A stretch of 64,000 bases of DNA from a virus (IMGVR_UViG_2974513674_000001:48226-112225), one strand, 5' to 3'. Shown: positions 31,026 to 41,139, counted from the first letter of the stretch. Program-made: numbers and translations. The notes: a model not told the origin generated them from the sequence alone.

Positions 31026-31433
31026 ATGAGCGCCAAGAAATCTCTGGTCGAATACTGCGGCCGCAAAGGCATCAACCCGGATGGTCAATTCATCCAGGAA
31101 GATGGATACCTCTTCACCGATGGCTATCTGATCGGTGAGCGTGCGGCCAACCGCCGGGCGAGCAAGTTCATGCGCCTGTCGAAAGAAGCAACCCGCCAGC
31201 AGAACGAGCGCATCAAGGAACTGGAGATTGACCTCCAGTTCAAGGTCTCTGAGGCGCACGTCGCAACGATGGGTCGTCTGATGGGTCTCCAGGAGGCCGT
31301 ACAAGCCCTTCTGGACGACGAACTCGCCGGTGTTCAGTGTCACCCTTGCGACCAGCACAACAACGACGTAAAGGCTCGCAACCTGCCGCCGCTGTTGCGT
31401 CAACTGTATGAGGTGTTTCATGGCCAAAAGTAA
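31026..31433 (+). CDS. hypothetical protein
   Basis: GAGGA RBS. Confidence 0.65.
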   Translation: MSAKKSLVEYCGRKGINPDGQFIQEDGYLFTDGYLIGERAANRRASKFMRLSKEATRQQNERIKELEIDLQFKVSEAHVATMGRLMGLQEAVQALLDDELAGVQCHPCDQHNNDVKARNLPPLLRQLYEVFHGQK

Positions 31434-31602
31434 GAACCCAGGCTATCTCAAGAAGGGCACAATCCTGTGCCCTAATGACAAAGAGCCACTGCACTGGGAG
31501 CAAATGGGCGGTATGCGGGTCATCAAGGTGCAAGACGGCATCGAACTGCTGCAAGCCAAGTGCGTCAAGTGCGGGTGGTATTTCGGAGTACACGCCAAAT
31601 GA
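31420..31602 (+). CDS. small zinc-ribbon protein
   Basis: CPND...CVKC; GAGG RBS. Confidence 0.55.
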   Translation: MAKSKNPGYLKKGTILCPNDKEPLHWEQMGGMRVIKVQDGIELLQAKCVKCGWYFGVHAK

Positions 31603-31802
31603 AGAAGAAACAAGCTCGCATCCTGAAGAAGAAGGTCGGTCCAAAGGCTCAGCTTGCCGAGAGCATGTATATCGGCACCCGGCGTCACTTCTGGGTGATC
31701 ATGAGCGGCTTCTCAATCAGCATCGAGCACAGCCCAAAGAAAGCGAAGGCAACCTGGCGAGCGTGGAATGCAAGCGCTTGGCAGAAGAAGGTGACTCAAT
31801 GA
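31599..31802 (+). CDS. basic hypothetical protein
   Basis: ATGA coupling. Confidence 0.55.
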   Translation: MKKKQARILKKKVGPKAQLAESMYIGTRRHFWVIMSGFSISIEHSPKKAKATWRAWNASAWQKKVTQ

Positions 31803-31999
31803 TCACGTTCCTCACAGCAATCGTCGCCTTCATGATCGGTCACGGTATCGGCTGGAGCCGGGCTCACTTGACGGTAGCGACAGAGTGCCAGCGCCTGGGC
31901 AAGTTCTTCGTCAAGAAGGACGTTTATCACTGCACGAAGGTGGAGTGGGCTCACCCGGAACCTGAGAAAGAAAAGGAAGAGCGCACCTATGGCAATTGA
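31799..31999 (+). CDS. small membrane-anchored protein
   Basis: ATGA coupling; hydrophobic N-terminus. Confidence 0.6.
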   Translation: MITFLTAIVAFMIGHGIGWSRAHLTVATECQRLGKFFVKKDVYHCTKVEWAHPEPEKEKEERTYGN

Positions 32000-32405
32000 A
32001 ATCAAGATCGACGATGCGGTCATCCAGAAGCTGGCCGACGACGCTGTTCAGCGCGCAGTGAAGTCCACCGTCGAGAACTCGTCCGTGATCAAGCAGGCTG
32101 TCGAGAAGGCAATCGCCGGCGTCAAGATCGACACCAAGCAGATCGAGGACGCAGTGGTTCAGTCCATCAAGAACGTCACCAGCAGCCCGGCGTTCCTCGA
32201 CGATCTGATCCGTCAAGCGATCATGAAAGGCGCACCCAAGCTCACCGGGTCGTTCGATGCGTCCCTCAGAGCGGCTGGGAAGCGCATGGCGCTCGATCCC
32301 GAAACCCTGGAGCAACTGATCGAGGGTGTGAAGCACAAACTGACCGCCGAAGCTGAAGAGCGTCGTGCGGAAATGGAAATCAAAGGTATGGGGGCATTCG
32401 CATGA
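31989..32405 (+). CDS. hypothetical protein, C-terminal tag GMGAFA
   Basis: helical repeats; typical codon usage. Confidence 0.7.
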   Translation: MAIEIKIDDAVIQKLADDAVQRAVKSTVENSSVIKQAVEKAIAGVKIDTKQIEDAVVQSIKNVTSSPAFLDDLIRQAIMKGAPKLTGSFDASLRAAGKRMALDPETLEQLIEGVKHKLTAEAEERRAEMEIKGMGAFA

Positions 32406-32671
32406 ATCTGCCCAACGCCAAATGGCTTGACCCGAAGGACGCGCCCAAAGACGGCACGATCCTCGTTCTGCTGGTTCGCTTCAAAGAGAACAGCACCGCC
32501 GACGCAACGACCGCTGTAACGATTGGCTCGAATCACTTCAACGACAACGAGCAAGACGAGTGGCTGTTCGCTGGCTGGGACTGGAACTACGACGAGTGGA
32601 CTGCGGGCCTGGGTGAAGTGATCGGCTGGTGGCCTCTTGTGACGCCGGAGGTTCCCGTTGAGCCAGAGTAA
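32402..32671 (+). CDS. DUF551-like small phage protein
   Basis: APKDGT.IL...V.GW.PL pattern. Confidence 0.55.
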   Translation: MNLPNAKWLDPKDAPKDGTILVLLVRFKENSTADATTAVTIGSNHFNDNEQDEWLFAGWDWNYDEWTAGLGEVIGWWPLVTPEVPVEPE

Positions 32672-32870
32672 ACGCCAGTCGCTGATCGAAATCTGTACCG
32701 GGACAGCAATCGGGTATGTGGGTAGCTGGATGATCGCGCTCGCGTGTGTTCACTACTTCACCGGCCCGGTCGCTATCACAACTGCAATCACAACCATCTG
32801 CACCGTCTGGAGCCTCGTTCGCGGGTACTTCTTGCGGCGCTACTTCAACAACAGGAAGGCACGACCATGA
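32658..32870 (+). CDS. small two-TM membrane protein
   Basis: MSQSKRQSLIE...RGYFLRRYFN; GGAGG RBS, TTG start. Confidence 0.65.
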   Translation: MSQSKRQSLIEICTGTAIGYVGSWMIALACVHYFTGPVAITTAITTICTVWSLVRGYFLRRYFNNRKARP

Positions 32871-33262
32871 AAAAGCTCACCGACAAGGTCAAGATCCACG
32901 AATCGAAGGCGCTGCGCACCCTGTCACGTCGCCAGGCCAGGAAGCTCGCTGCCCAGGCCGCCAAGCATCGCTGTGACGCCATGAAGCACGGTGCAAATGC
33001 GACCGTCGCCGGTGGCAAGATTTACACCAAGCATCACCCGATCTACGAAGAGTTGATCCTGCCCCTGCTGGAAGAGGCTACCCGAATCGCCTCCAACGCC
33101 GGGTTCGACATTCTGCTTCAGGTTCGCACGCCGCTGATCAGCGAGCCGAACTTCACGCACGCCATTGGCGGCTTCCAGGATGAGAAGAACCTGACGCCAA
33201 CCATGAAGGGTTGCATTGACCTGATCCGCAAGCGCCCATCGCTGGGTGGGCGCTTCATTTAA
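32867..33262 (+). CDS. hypothetical protein
   Basis: ATGA coupling. Confidence 0.6.
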   Translation: MKKLTDKVKIHESKALRTLSRRQARKLAAQAAKHRCDAMKHGANATVAGGKIYTKHHPIYEELILPLLEEATRIASNAGFDILLQVRTPLISEPNFTHAIGGFQDEKNLTPTMKGCIDLIRKRPSLGGRFI

Positions 33263-33334
33263 CGAAATGCAGAGCCCTCCAGAAACCACTGAAAAGCTGT
33301 GATAATTGCAGCTCATTCAGAAGCGAGGTAGCCA

Positions 33335-33778
33335 ATGACCGACGAATACTCCCTCGACGACGAGCTGACCCGGAAATCCGGGGAGGCTGCGTTGTGGCTC
33401 GACAATGAGCTGAGACGTGGGGGCGTCACCCGACTTGAGGCGTACACTGCGCTGATGGTGTTCGACATGATCACCCTGGGATTGATCGACCCCAAGTTCA
33501 ACGACTGGTCACGCGAAGAGCGAGACAAGGCGATGTACCAACGTCCTGACAAGGTCGTGATGCACCGCTTTGAGCCTGATGGTCGTGAGACTGTGATCAG
33601 CGTGAGCCTCAACCGTCGGGCGGGCACGGTAGACGTGACCCAACTGACAAGAAACCCGACCCATGAATCGAAGACCCACACCTTCGACGAAGAGACGGAC
33701 CCTGTAACCGCCGCTTGTGCTGGGTATCTCAAGATCATTGAGCGACTACAGAGCAAGGGCCTGGTAGTGGTGGCATAA
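33335..33778 (+). CDS. hypothetical protein
   Basis: GAGG RBS behind a CC-N8-CC-N13-GATAAT promoter. Confidence 0.7.
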   Translation: MTDEYSLDDELTRKSGEAALWLDNELRRGGVTRLEAYTALMVFDMITLGLIDPKFNDWSREERDKAMYQRPDKVVMHRFEPDGRETVISVSLNRRAGTVDVTQLTRNPTHESKTHTFDEETDPVTAACAGYLKIIERLQSKGLVVVA

Positions 33779-34345
33779 ATGGTATGGAAAGTGGCAACAA
33801 TCGGCGACATCGAGACCACCGGCCTGAAGCAAGAAGACGGGCACCGGATCATCGAAGTCGCCTTGTCCGTTTGGGCTTTCAACACCGTCACTGGTGACAA
33901 GCGCAAGCTGGGCAAGCCGTACATTCAGCGCATCAACCCGGAACGACCTATCGACCCAGGAGCTGAAGCAGTCCACAAGATCAGCCTGGCTGACTTGCGT
34001 GGCAAGCCGAAGTGGGACAAGGTCGCCCCAACTGTTTCGGGAATCCTCTCTCGCACCGACGTGTTCATCGCTCACAACGCAGCCTTCGACGCCCCGTTCC
34101 TCGCGCTCGAACTGATCCGTGTGAAGATGCCGATGCCGACCTTCGACGTGTACTGCACGATGGAGCAAGGGCGCAAAGCTACTGGCTTCGGCAAAGTCCC
34201 CAACCTGGGCGAACTCGCCTACGCTTGCGGCTATGACTACGACACCGACGCAGCCCACTCGGCTCTCTACGACACCCAGTTGTTGGAGAACTGCTATTGG
34301 TACGGTGTTGAAAACGGCCTCTTCAAGAGCCCGGCTGACATCTAA
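33779..34345 (+). CDS. DEDDh 3'-5' exonuclease (Pol III epsilon-like)
   Basis: DIETTG, AHNAAFD, HSALYD. Confidence 0.9.
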   Translation: MVWKVATIGDIETTGLKQEDGHRIIEVALSVWAFNTVTGDKRKLGKPYIQRINPERPIDPGAEAVHKISLADLRGKPKWDKVAPTVSGILSRTDVFIAHNAAFDAPFLALELIRVKMPMPTFDVYCTMEQGRKATGFGKVPNLGELAYACGYDYDTDAAHSALYDTQLLENCYWYGVENGLFKSPADI

Positions 34346-34419
34346 ACGCCACGCTATGCCTGAGAAATCAGCGCATAGTGTGCATCTATCGAAACAGCAC
34401 ATAGCAAGAGAACAATCAC

Positions 34420-34911
34420 ATGGCTGATATTTATCAGAACATCGACGGGACCAGCATCGGGTCGAAGACCTGGGCCGAGAAGAAGGACTCGCCGGAGTGG
34501 ACTCTGAAGGAGTACCGCAACGACAAAATCTGGGTGCGCCTGCACTGGATCGGCCGCTATCGCAAAGACCTGCCGGCTGAGTACCGTCATTCGCACGGCA
34601 TCCAGGTCTACAACCGCTTGATCGTCAAGAAGACCGAGTGGGAAGAAGAGACCCTGGAAGATAAAGGCTGGGTGCTCGATCCGGCTGCGACCCAGACCTT
34701 CCGCACCAAGTCTGCTGCTGAAGCTGCATACGAAGACATGCTCCTGCGCTACACCGCATCGAGCCTGGAAATGGATGAAGACGGTGAAATGACCTTCGTC
34801 GAAGTGGACAACCAGCTCGCACCGGTGGTGCCAGGTTCGTCGCTGATCCTCGATGAAGAACAGGTCGCACGCGCTGCTGAGAAAGGCATCGACGCCGGGG
34901 GCTGGTCTTGA
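34420..34911 (+). CDS. hypothetical protein, C-terminal tag DAGGWS
   Basis: own CC-type promoter at 34349-34379. Confidence 0.72.
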   Translation: MADIYQNIDGTSIGSKTWAEKKDSPEWTLKEYRNDKIWVRLHWIGRYRKDLPAEYRHSHGIQVYNRLIVKKTEWEEETLEDKGWVLDPAATQTFRTKSAAEAAYEDMLLRYTASSLEMDEDGEMTFVEVDNQLAPVVPGSSLILDEEQVARAAEKGIDAGGWS

Positions 34912-35510
34912 GCCACAACTTTGAACTAGAGGACGTGCCAGATTACCTGGCACAGTTCCCTGTATTGAAAGGGAAAACTCAACTCGGTCGAGGCGAGTTT
35001 TCCGTAGTCTTCGAGGGCAGTTGCCCTAATACCGTGCTGAAGCTGACCGCTGACTACACCACCGTCAACTTGCTGTTGCTGGGGCGTGTCAAAGGCTGCG
35101 AAGGCATCGTGGAGTTCATCGAGTATCACGGCTTCATGGATTCACCAGAGCACCCGGATGGCGTGCATCTTATCGAGCTGAAGCGCTTGCGGGACATTTG
35201 TCCGTGTGATGACCGCTCGCTGTATTACGAGCGCGAATCGCTCATAGCGACCGTCAGACACCGCATCATGGAAAGCGACCGCTACGAGGGGATTCTGCCA
35301 GCGCAAGAGCGTCACGCGGGCGCATTGCAGGAGCTTGCAATGTCGAACCTCTTCAGTGCGCATATCTCCAGAGCGCTTGAGTGGATCGCCAACTTCATGC
35401 GCGCCAGCACGCTCGATCTGCTGCATGACTTGTGCAACCCGGCGAACTACATGACAGACGGCAAGCGCCTGATCATCACCGACCCGCTGGTGACTGTTCC
35501 GGCAGGTTGA
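34908..35510 (+). CDS. Ser/Thr protein kinase-like protein (T7 gp0.7-like)
   Basis: LGRGEFSVV Gly loop, VLK, HDLCNPAN catalytic loop, IITDP. Confidence 0.65.
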   Translation: MSHNFELEDVPDYLAQFPVLKGKTQLGRGEFSVVFEGSCPNTVLKLTADYTTVNLLLLGRVKGCEGIVEFIEYHGFMDSPEHPDGVHLIELKRLRDICPCDDRSLYYERESLIATVRHRIMESDRYEGILPAQERHAGALQELAMSNLFSAHISRALEWIANFMRASTLDLLHDLCNPANYMTDGKRLIITDPLVTVPAG

Positions 35511-35615
35511 CAGAGCCCAGGATTTCGCCACGCACTGCCTATTCCTGCTCTGTATAGTTCACTTACTGAAACGCGACACACATTAAACAACTCAGCTTAA
35601 ACAGGTACTTACAGC

Positions 35616-36452
35616 ATGGCCAAGAACGCACTGCAACAGATCGAAGACGCGCCTCAAGAGAACGCTGGCGTTGAAGAAGTAGTCATCGGTGGGGCTTCCA
35701 GCTCTGTCGAAGAACTCGACGCCATGTTCGACGACCTCGAACTGAACCTCGATGGTCCGTCGACCTCTTCCATCGTCGTCAATGGTCTGCCTGAGCAGCC
35801 AGAAGTCCACGACGAGGCTCAACTGATCGCAGCCGGCCGTGCTGCAACCAATGAAGAGCTGCAAAAGCTCGCCATTGAAGAAATGAACGAGAACTCCGAG
35901 CACCACCCGGAAGATGCTCAGACCCCAGCCGCCCAGACCAAGAAGAAGGCTCCGGTCACCAAGCGCATCAGCACCGCCGGCATGGCGAAGTCTGAAGCTC
36001 TGGCGACTGCACTGGGTGACAAGCTCGACACGCTCCTGATGGTCGACAGCGACGACCTGGCTCTGCCCGCTGACGAGCAGTTCGACAAGCGCATCGCCTT
36101 GCTCGAACGCATCGACGGTCTGCCGAAGAAGATCGGTGAGAAAGCCACCAACCTCTTCGCACACGTCAGCAAGGGTGCCCAGCTCTCGAACTACACCAAG
36201 ATCGCCATCAACCTGCTCGCTGCGAATGGTGAAATGACCAGCAAGCAGCTCAAAGACACGTACCTCGCCCGCCCGTACAGCGAAGGCACCGCGTCGAGTC
36301 AGACGACCCAGCTCATGAATCTGCTGCCAGCGCTGGGCATCGCGAAGAAGGAAGCTGGCAAGCTGGTCGTCAACCCGACCTCGACCCTGTTCCCGGTGCT
36401 CACTGCCGCAGCAGAAGCAGCGCCTGAGAGCCTGGAAGACGACGCGGAGTAA
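35616..36452 (+). CDS. hypothetical protein (acidic N-terminus, possible C-terminal winged helix)
   Basis: own promoter (35528-35558) and terminator (36472-36495). Confidence 0.78.
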   Translation: MAKNALQQIEDAPQENAGVEEVVIGGASSSVEELDAMFDDLELNLDGPSTSSIVVNGLPEQPEVHDEAQLIAAGRAATNEELQKLAIEEMNENSEHHPEDAQTPAAQTKKKAPVTKRISTAGMAKSEALATALGDKLDTLLMVDSDDLALPADEQFDKRIALLERIDGLPKKIGEKATNLFAHVSKGAQLSNYTKIAINLLAANGEMTSKQLKDTYLARPYSEGTASSQTTQLMNLLPALGIAKKEAGKLVVNPTSTLFPVLTAAAEAAPESLEDDAE

Positions 36453-36471
36453 TCCACCACCACCTGGTTAA

Positions 36472-36495
36472 CGCCCTCTTCGGAGGGCTTTTTTA
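36472..36495 (+). terminator. intrinsic terminator
   Basis: GCCCTC-ttcg-GAGGGC followed by T-run. Confidence 0.8.
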
Positions 36496-36508
36496 TGGGA
36501 GATAGGAA

Positions 36509-36721
36509 ATGGGCAAGCTGGATGCGTGCAATCTGGATGTGTACAAGCACGGCGAGAGCATGGGCCTGTACGACATGCCAAAAGACGAAGCCGAAAAGCT
36601 CTGTGAGCGGCTGACCAAAGAAACTGGCCGTCTTCACGACTGGCACTACATCGGCGGCCGGGTGCATGTGAAAGCTCTGCCAAAAGACTTCAAGCCTGAA
36701 ACAGTGAGTGACTGGGCATGA
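36509..36721 (+). CDS. hypothetical protein (ends SDWA)
   Basis: GGAG RBS. Confidence 0.6.
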   Translation: MGKLDACNLDVYKHGESMGLYDMPKDEAEKLCERLTKETGRLHDWHYIGGRVHVKALPKDFKPETVSDWA

Positions 36722-36906
36722 ACTGCACCATTTGCAACCTGCCTATCGTTCTGGTCCCCAGCGCCGCTGAGCGGGCCAAGCGCTACGGCGGGAAACCGTC
36801 TGACTACACCAAGCTGTTCACCACTCATGCCAAATGCGCTGTCGATAAGCGTGAGGCTGAAACCATCGCTCTGATTCGGAGGAAAAATGCCCAAGCTAAC
36901 CTGTGA
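36718..36906 (+). CDS. small zinc-binding protein
   Basis: CTIC...H..C; ATGA coupling. Confidence 0.6.
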   Translation: MNCTICNLPIVLVPSAAERAKRYGGKPSDYTKLFTTHAKCAVDKREAETIALIRRKNAQANL

Positions 36907-37423
36907 ACTGGTTCCATCCAACCAGTGGGGCACGAACCTGCGCAGCGTCCTGGCTCCGAAAGTCTGGGACTCGCTCCGCAAAGCCTGCTACGAACGTGCC
37001 GGCCACCGCTGCGAGATTTGCAATGGCGTCGGTCGCACCCACCCGGTCGAGTGCCATGAAACCTGGGAGTACACCGATGGCCCCGTGTGGATTCAGAAGC
37101 TCACCGGGTTGATCGCGCTGTGCCCAAGCTGCCACAAGGTGAAGCACATTGGCTTCGCGCTGACGCAGGGTGATCGCGCTTTCATGGCTGCGCTGAACCA
37201 CCTGGCCAAAGTCAACGGCTGGTCGCCCACGCGGACGTATGACTACGTGAACAACCAGTTCGAGATTCACCGGGTTCGCAGTCAGATGCACTGGGTCATG
37301 GACCTCGACTGGCTCGACAACATGCAAAGCTACATCGACGAGACAGCAACCGCAGCACGGCAAGCTCGCTCTGAGCGCGCTGCTGCGACGATAGCGAATA
37401 TGACTCGCAAGCGTGACGCTTAG
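36887..37423 (+). CDS. HNH-type nuclease
   Basis: CEIC...ECHE...LCPSCHKVKH; GGAGG RBS. Confidence 0.75.
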   Translation: MPKLTCELVPSNQWGTNLRSVLAPKVWDSLRKACYERAGHRCEICNGVGRTHPVECHETWEYTDGPVWIQKLTGLIALCPSCHKVKHIGFALTQGDRAFMAALNHLAKVNGWSPTRTYDYVNNQFEIHRVRSQMHWVMDLDWLDNMQSYIDETATAARQARSERAAATIANMTRKRDA

Positions 37424-37529
37424 AGCGAATCGCTCTTAAACGAGCGCACAGAGCGTCCAACAGAGCTGAGTGGGCGCCAAGTAGTGCCACTCAGCAGTCT
37501 GTAGAATTGCAGACTTGAAGGAGAGTTTT

Positions 37530-37811
37530 ATGCGGAAGAGCAGACAACCCGGCTTCGACAAGATGCTCGAAGCCAAGCGTGAAAACGCCAAGAACATCAT
37601 GAGCCAGTTCACCCAGAACTGCGACGGGTGCAGCGTCGTCAGCAGCAAGGCGAAGCTGTTCGACCTGGAAGAAGGCCGCTTCTGCCTGAAGTGCCTCCCG
37701 GATGGCATGACTGGCATCGAAGCGCTCGAAGCCCACACTGAGCGTCAGGCTCGCTTGCAAGAGCAGCGCGACAACCCGGTGCGGCCGGAAGACTTCGGTG
37801 GCTGGTCATGA
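37530..37811 (+). CDS. zinc-finger protein, C-terminal tag RPEDFGGWS
   Basis: CDGC...CLKC; AAGGAG RBS. Confidence 0.7.
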   Translation: MRKSRQPGFDKMLEAKRENAKNIMSQFTQNCDGCSVVSSKAKLFDLEEGRFCLKCLPDGMTGIEALEAHTERQARLQEQRDNPVRPEDFGGWS

Positions 37812-38092
37812 ACCAGAACATGAAGGACTTCTTCTACGGGATTCCCGTCTACAAGCAGCACCGAATGGACGACGAGGATGACCTCGAAGCCGAGACCATC
37901 AAGGCCGAGAACAGCGCCATCAAGCGCGCCCTGGCTATGGCTATCGAGCAGCGAACTCGTCACCGTGACGGGAAAGTTGAATCTGTTCGCCGTCAGATCG
38001 AGCAGGCTGAACTTGACGCCATCGCTGCCGACTTCGAGGCCGAAGAGCGCAAGAAGAGGCTTGAGAAGATGGGCGCCGGGAGCTGGGCATGA
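37808..38092 (+). CDS. hypothetical protein, C-terminal tag GAGSWA
   Basis: ATGA coupling. Confidence 0.68.
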   Translation: MNQNMKDFFYGIPVYKQHRMDDEDDLEAETIKAENSAIKRALAMAIEQRTRHRDGKVESVRRQIEQAELDAIAADFEAEERKKRLEKMGAGSWA

Positions 38093-38487
38093 AGTACACC
38101 GCAGAATCTGAAAACCTAGCTATCGAACTGGCCAGGCTCGACATGGAGCAGCGAGCCATCGAGAAGAAGAAGGCTGCTGAAATCAAGGCTGCGGCCGACA
38201 TGGTGAAGCTGGAGAAAATCCGCATCGAGCGTGAGGCGGCAGCGATCAAGGAGGCTCAGGAGGCAGCAGCGGCCGAAGCCTACACCTGGATGAAGGTGTT
38301 CAGCGCGCTCGATGATAGAGGCTTAGAGGCTGACAAGATCATGACGGCCATCAAGCAGATGCAGGAACAAGGGCACACCGCTGAAATGTGCCTGGAAATG
38401 ATCGAGAAGACGGCTATCAAGCCCAAAGCTCCACCCGCACCAAAGAAAGAACCACCCCGCCCGGCTGCATTCGGCACATGGGCATAA
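38089..38487 (+). CDS. coiled-coil protein, C-terminal tag RPAAFGTWA
   Basis: ATGA coupling. Confidence 0.7.
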   Translation: MKYTAESENLAIELARLDMEQRAIEKKKAAEIKAAADMVKLEKIRIEREAAAIKEAQEAAAAEAYTWMKVFSALDDRGLEADKIMTAIKQMQEQGHTAEMCLEMIEKTAIKPKAPPAPKKEPPRPAAFGTWA

Positions 38488-38503
38488 CTGAAGAGGCAAC
38501 ACA

Positions 38504-39190
38504 ATGAAGACGTTTGCAAAGGAAATGTGGCACCTGCTGGTGTTTACCGGCGCGCTGGTATGTTTCAACATCGGCCTGAAGGCTGCGATTATGTCGTTCG
38601 TCGATGCGCTGGACGGCGACATCAAGTGGGTGACGTTCCTGTACATGGTGCTGGTCGCCATTGCCCTGGGTATGCTGACGCTCAAGACCTTTGAGTGGCT
38701 GCACAAGCAAATCGCCGAGACGCGCGGCATGAAATACTTCAAGGCCGCTATCGAAAAGCATACCGCCGAGCTGAATAAGCACCAGAAGGAAATCGAGGAC
38801 AAGATCCTTGAATACTCCAAGAACAACAAGGAGCTGCACAACGCCAATCTGATGCTGGCTGACGAACTCAGAAAGGTGAAAGCCGAGTTGTACGCAGAGC
38901 GGAAGCCAGTCATGGTCGAGCAGCACTTCGACGATTGGGCTCTGAACCAGTTCGTGACTCAACTGCGCGCCAAACTCAAGCGCAAGCGTGGAATGGGTCG
39001 CGCCGGCTGGAATGACTGTCAGATCACCATCCTGCACGACCTGCTCGTCGAAGAGGTCGAGAGCCTCAACGTGGAGAAGATGGACATGGTCGACATCGGC
39101 AACTACGCCATGATGTGCTGGATGCGGGATGCGTTCCCGGTCGAGTGCGAGAGCGCAGCCCTGAAGTCGGTGCGCCAGATCGAGGCGTAA
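38504..39190 (+). CDS. membrane protein with coiled coil and dATP/dGTP diphosphohydrolase-like C-terminus
   Basis: two TM segments; KR..GR.GW...VDIGNYAMM. Confidence 0.55.
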   Translation: MKTFAKEMWHLLVFTGALVCFNIGLKAAIMSFVDALDGDIKWVTFLYMVLVAIALGMLTLKTFEWLHKQIAETRGMKYFKAAIEKHTAELNKHQKEIEDKILEYSKNNKELHNANLMLADELRKVKAELYAERKPVMVEQHFDDWALNQFVTQLRAKLKRKRGMGRAGWNDCQITILHDLLVEEVESLNVEKMDMVDIGNYAMMCWMRDAFPVECESAALKSVRQIEA

Positions 39191-39263
39191 AGCTGGCACC
39201 CACACAAGCCCAACGTGCGCTCTATAAACTGAGCGCACTCACAGCGAAACGATGAGGCAACCC

Positions 39264-39875
39264 ATGAAGATTGTAGGCAAAGCAAAGGGCAAGGCTCCGA
39301 AAGCCTGGTCACTGATGAAAGACACCGTCACCGGTCACTACTACGTCGGCTGGGACGGGCACTGGCCTCTCAACGGCCCCGCTGATTCGGTCAACGCTTC
39401 AGCAGCAGCCGCTCGCGCTGCCCTGGGTCCAGAACCTGATCTTGGCGTAGACGTAGCATGGCCCGGGTTCCACATTCATGGCCGCCCAGCTCACGCCACC
39501 CCTCTGACCCAGCAGCAGCTCGACGACTGGGCCGCGTATGAAGCGTCCAACAAGCGCAAGTACGCCCACAACGAATGGCGCAAGCAGAAGAACATCAGCC
39601 AGGTTGAAGCGCTGGACTACGTGCCGATCTTTGAAGACGTGCTGGAGTTCCAGAACTACTCACGCGGCCGCAGCTCTGTGACGCTTGTGTTCAAGGCCAG
39701 CAACGGTCAATTCATCGAATTCGGCCCAAGCGGCATCGACGGGCTGATTCGGGGCATCATCGACGGCGTAGCTGCACCGCAGTTCATTGCCGGCTCGCTG
39801 GAAAAGGGCATCAAGGCTCGCTTCAAGTTCGTGAAGAAAGGCGCGAACACCTACGCAGAACTGACTGAGGAATAA
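39264..39875 (+). CDS. hypothetical protein
   Basis: GAGG RBS; CC-type promoter at 39200-39230. Confidence 0.7.
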   Translation: MKIVGKAKGKAPKAWSLMKDTVTGHYYVGWDGHWPLNGPADSVNASAAAARAALGPEPDLGVDVAWPGFHIHGRPAHATPLTQQQLDDWAAYEASNKRKYAHNEWRKQKNISQVEALDYVPIFEDVLEFQNYSRGRSSVTLVFKASNGQFIEFGPSGIDGLIRGIIDGVAAPQFIAGSLEKGIKARFKFVKKGANTYAELTEE

Positions 39876-39878
39876 GCA

Positions 39879-40088
39879 ATGTCCGGACTCGCCGTTATCG
39901 GATGGATCGTCATCGCAGCCATCGCAGTCTATTGCGTGGTCGTAGCAATCCAGATTTTCCGCTTCAGCCTGGGATTCGCCGGAAAGGTCGCCGGCGAGTT
40001 CTACTTCCTGGCCGTAGTAGCCGTTATCTTCATCTGGCTCAGCTACTACACCTTCCCGTTCCATATCTCGATGGTGGTCGCGCAATGA
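39879..40088 (+). CDS. small membrane protein
   Basis: two hydrophobic helices. Confidence 0.6.
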   Translation: MSGLAVIGWIVIAAIAVYCVVVAIQIFRFSLGFAGKVAGEFYFLAVVAVIFIWLSYYTFPFHISMVVAQ

Positions 40089-40312
40089 TCTGGCTCCATC
40101 GACTGCGCAATCTGCCGATGCTCCTGGTCCTGCACCTGAAGCACAGCAACCAGTTCATGAAAGTGGAGGACGCCCAGCTCGATCTGTATGCAGCCTGCAC
40201 GTCGATGCCGGGTGAAATCGAGATTCATGCTCAACTGACCCGGACTCTCGAAGCGGAACTTGAAACGATGGCTGACATCGACGAGCGGATCGAGAAGCTA
40301 TGGCACCGTTGA
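40085..40312 (+). CDS. hypothetical protein
   Basis: ATGA coupling. Confidence 0.55.
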   Translation: MIWLHRLRNLPMLLVLHLKHSNQFMKVEDAQLDLYAACTSMPGEIEIHAQLTRTLEAELETMADIDERIEKLWHR

Positions 40313-40491
40313 AGTTTGAAGAAAGGCTCAAGCAGGTCTGCATCGCCGAAATGATGCAGCTCCTGGTTGTGCGAGCAGACCAGCTTCGTCGCGCTGACGA
40401 GATTCGCCAGCGTGAGGAAGATGAACTTGAAGAAGCCATACAAACTGAATGGCAAATCGAAACTCAAAAACTGATGGGAGGTTGGGCATGA
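40300..40491 (+). CDS. hypothetical protein, C-terminal tag LMGGWA
   Basis: fills gap between coupled genes. Confidence 0.6.
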   Translation: MAPLKFEERLKQVCIAEMMQLLVVRADQLRRADEIRQREEDELEEAIQTEWQIETQKLMGGWA

Positions 40492-41111
40492 TCTGGCCGT
40501 TTACCGAATTGAAGAAGCTGCGTGACGCACTGGCTATGGCCAACGAGACCAACAAGCAAGCGGTCGAGAACTTCACGTCGTTGCACCAGACCAGCGTCAA
40601 GCAGGGCAAGCTGATCGACAAGTTGAGCCAAGAACTCGAAAGAAAGCGTATGCGCCTGGTCGCTTGTGGTGTGGGTGCAATGGCGAACACCCGGGAGTCG
40701 GCAGCACAGCAGCGTGTGAAGCCGGATAGCCCGTACTACTGCGCCAGCGTCGGTGACGTCTACAGCGCGGTCGACCGGGAAATGAAGCATCGCGAAGACC
40801 TTGAGTCAGCGCTGGATCGCATCGCTGACATGGTGAAAGGTGACGACGGGCAAGCCTGGAAAGAGGCTGAGAAGTTCCTCAGCCTACATCGCAGCACCAA
40901 GATTTGCGTCAAGTGCGGCAGCGACATGATCCCGATGCACAGCGAAGACAAGAAGCTGTGCAGCAACGGCGCCTGTGGTCATGAGGTGCTATGGACCTTA
41001 GCTGAAGGCCAGCACTATCAGTACAAGCGGAACGTCGAGCCCTTTGTCGAAGACCGGTCGAATCAGCAAGCAGAGCTTGAGCCTCCACGCGCCACCCTTG
41101 AGCGCTTATAA
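40488..41111 (+). CDS. hypothetical protein with zinc ribbon
   Basis: CVKC...C...C; ATGA coupling. Confidence 0.68.
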   Translation: MIWPFTELKKLRDALAMANETNKQAVENFTSLHQTSVKQGKLIDKLSQELERKRMRLVACGVGAMANTRESAAQQRVKPDSPYYCASVGDVYSAVDREMKHREDLESALDRIADMVKGDDGQAWKEAEKFLSLHRSTKICVKCGSDMIPMHSEDKKLCSNGACGHEVLWTLAEGQHYQYKRNVEPFVEDRSNQQAELEPPRATLERL

Positions 41112-41139
41112 TCAAATCTGTTAGCAAGAGGAAATCGTT

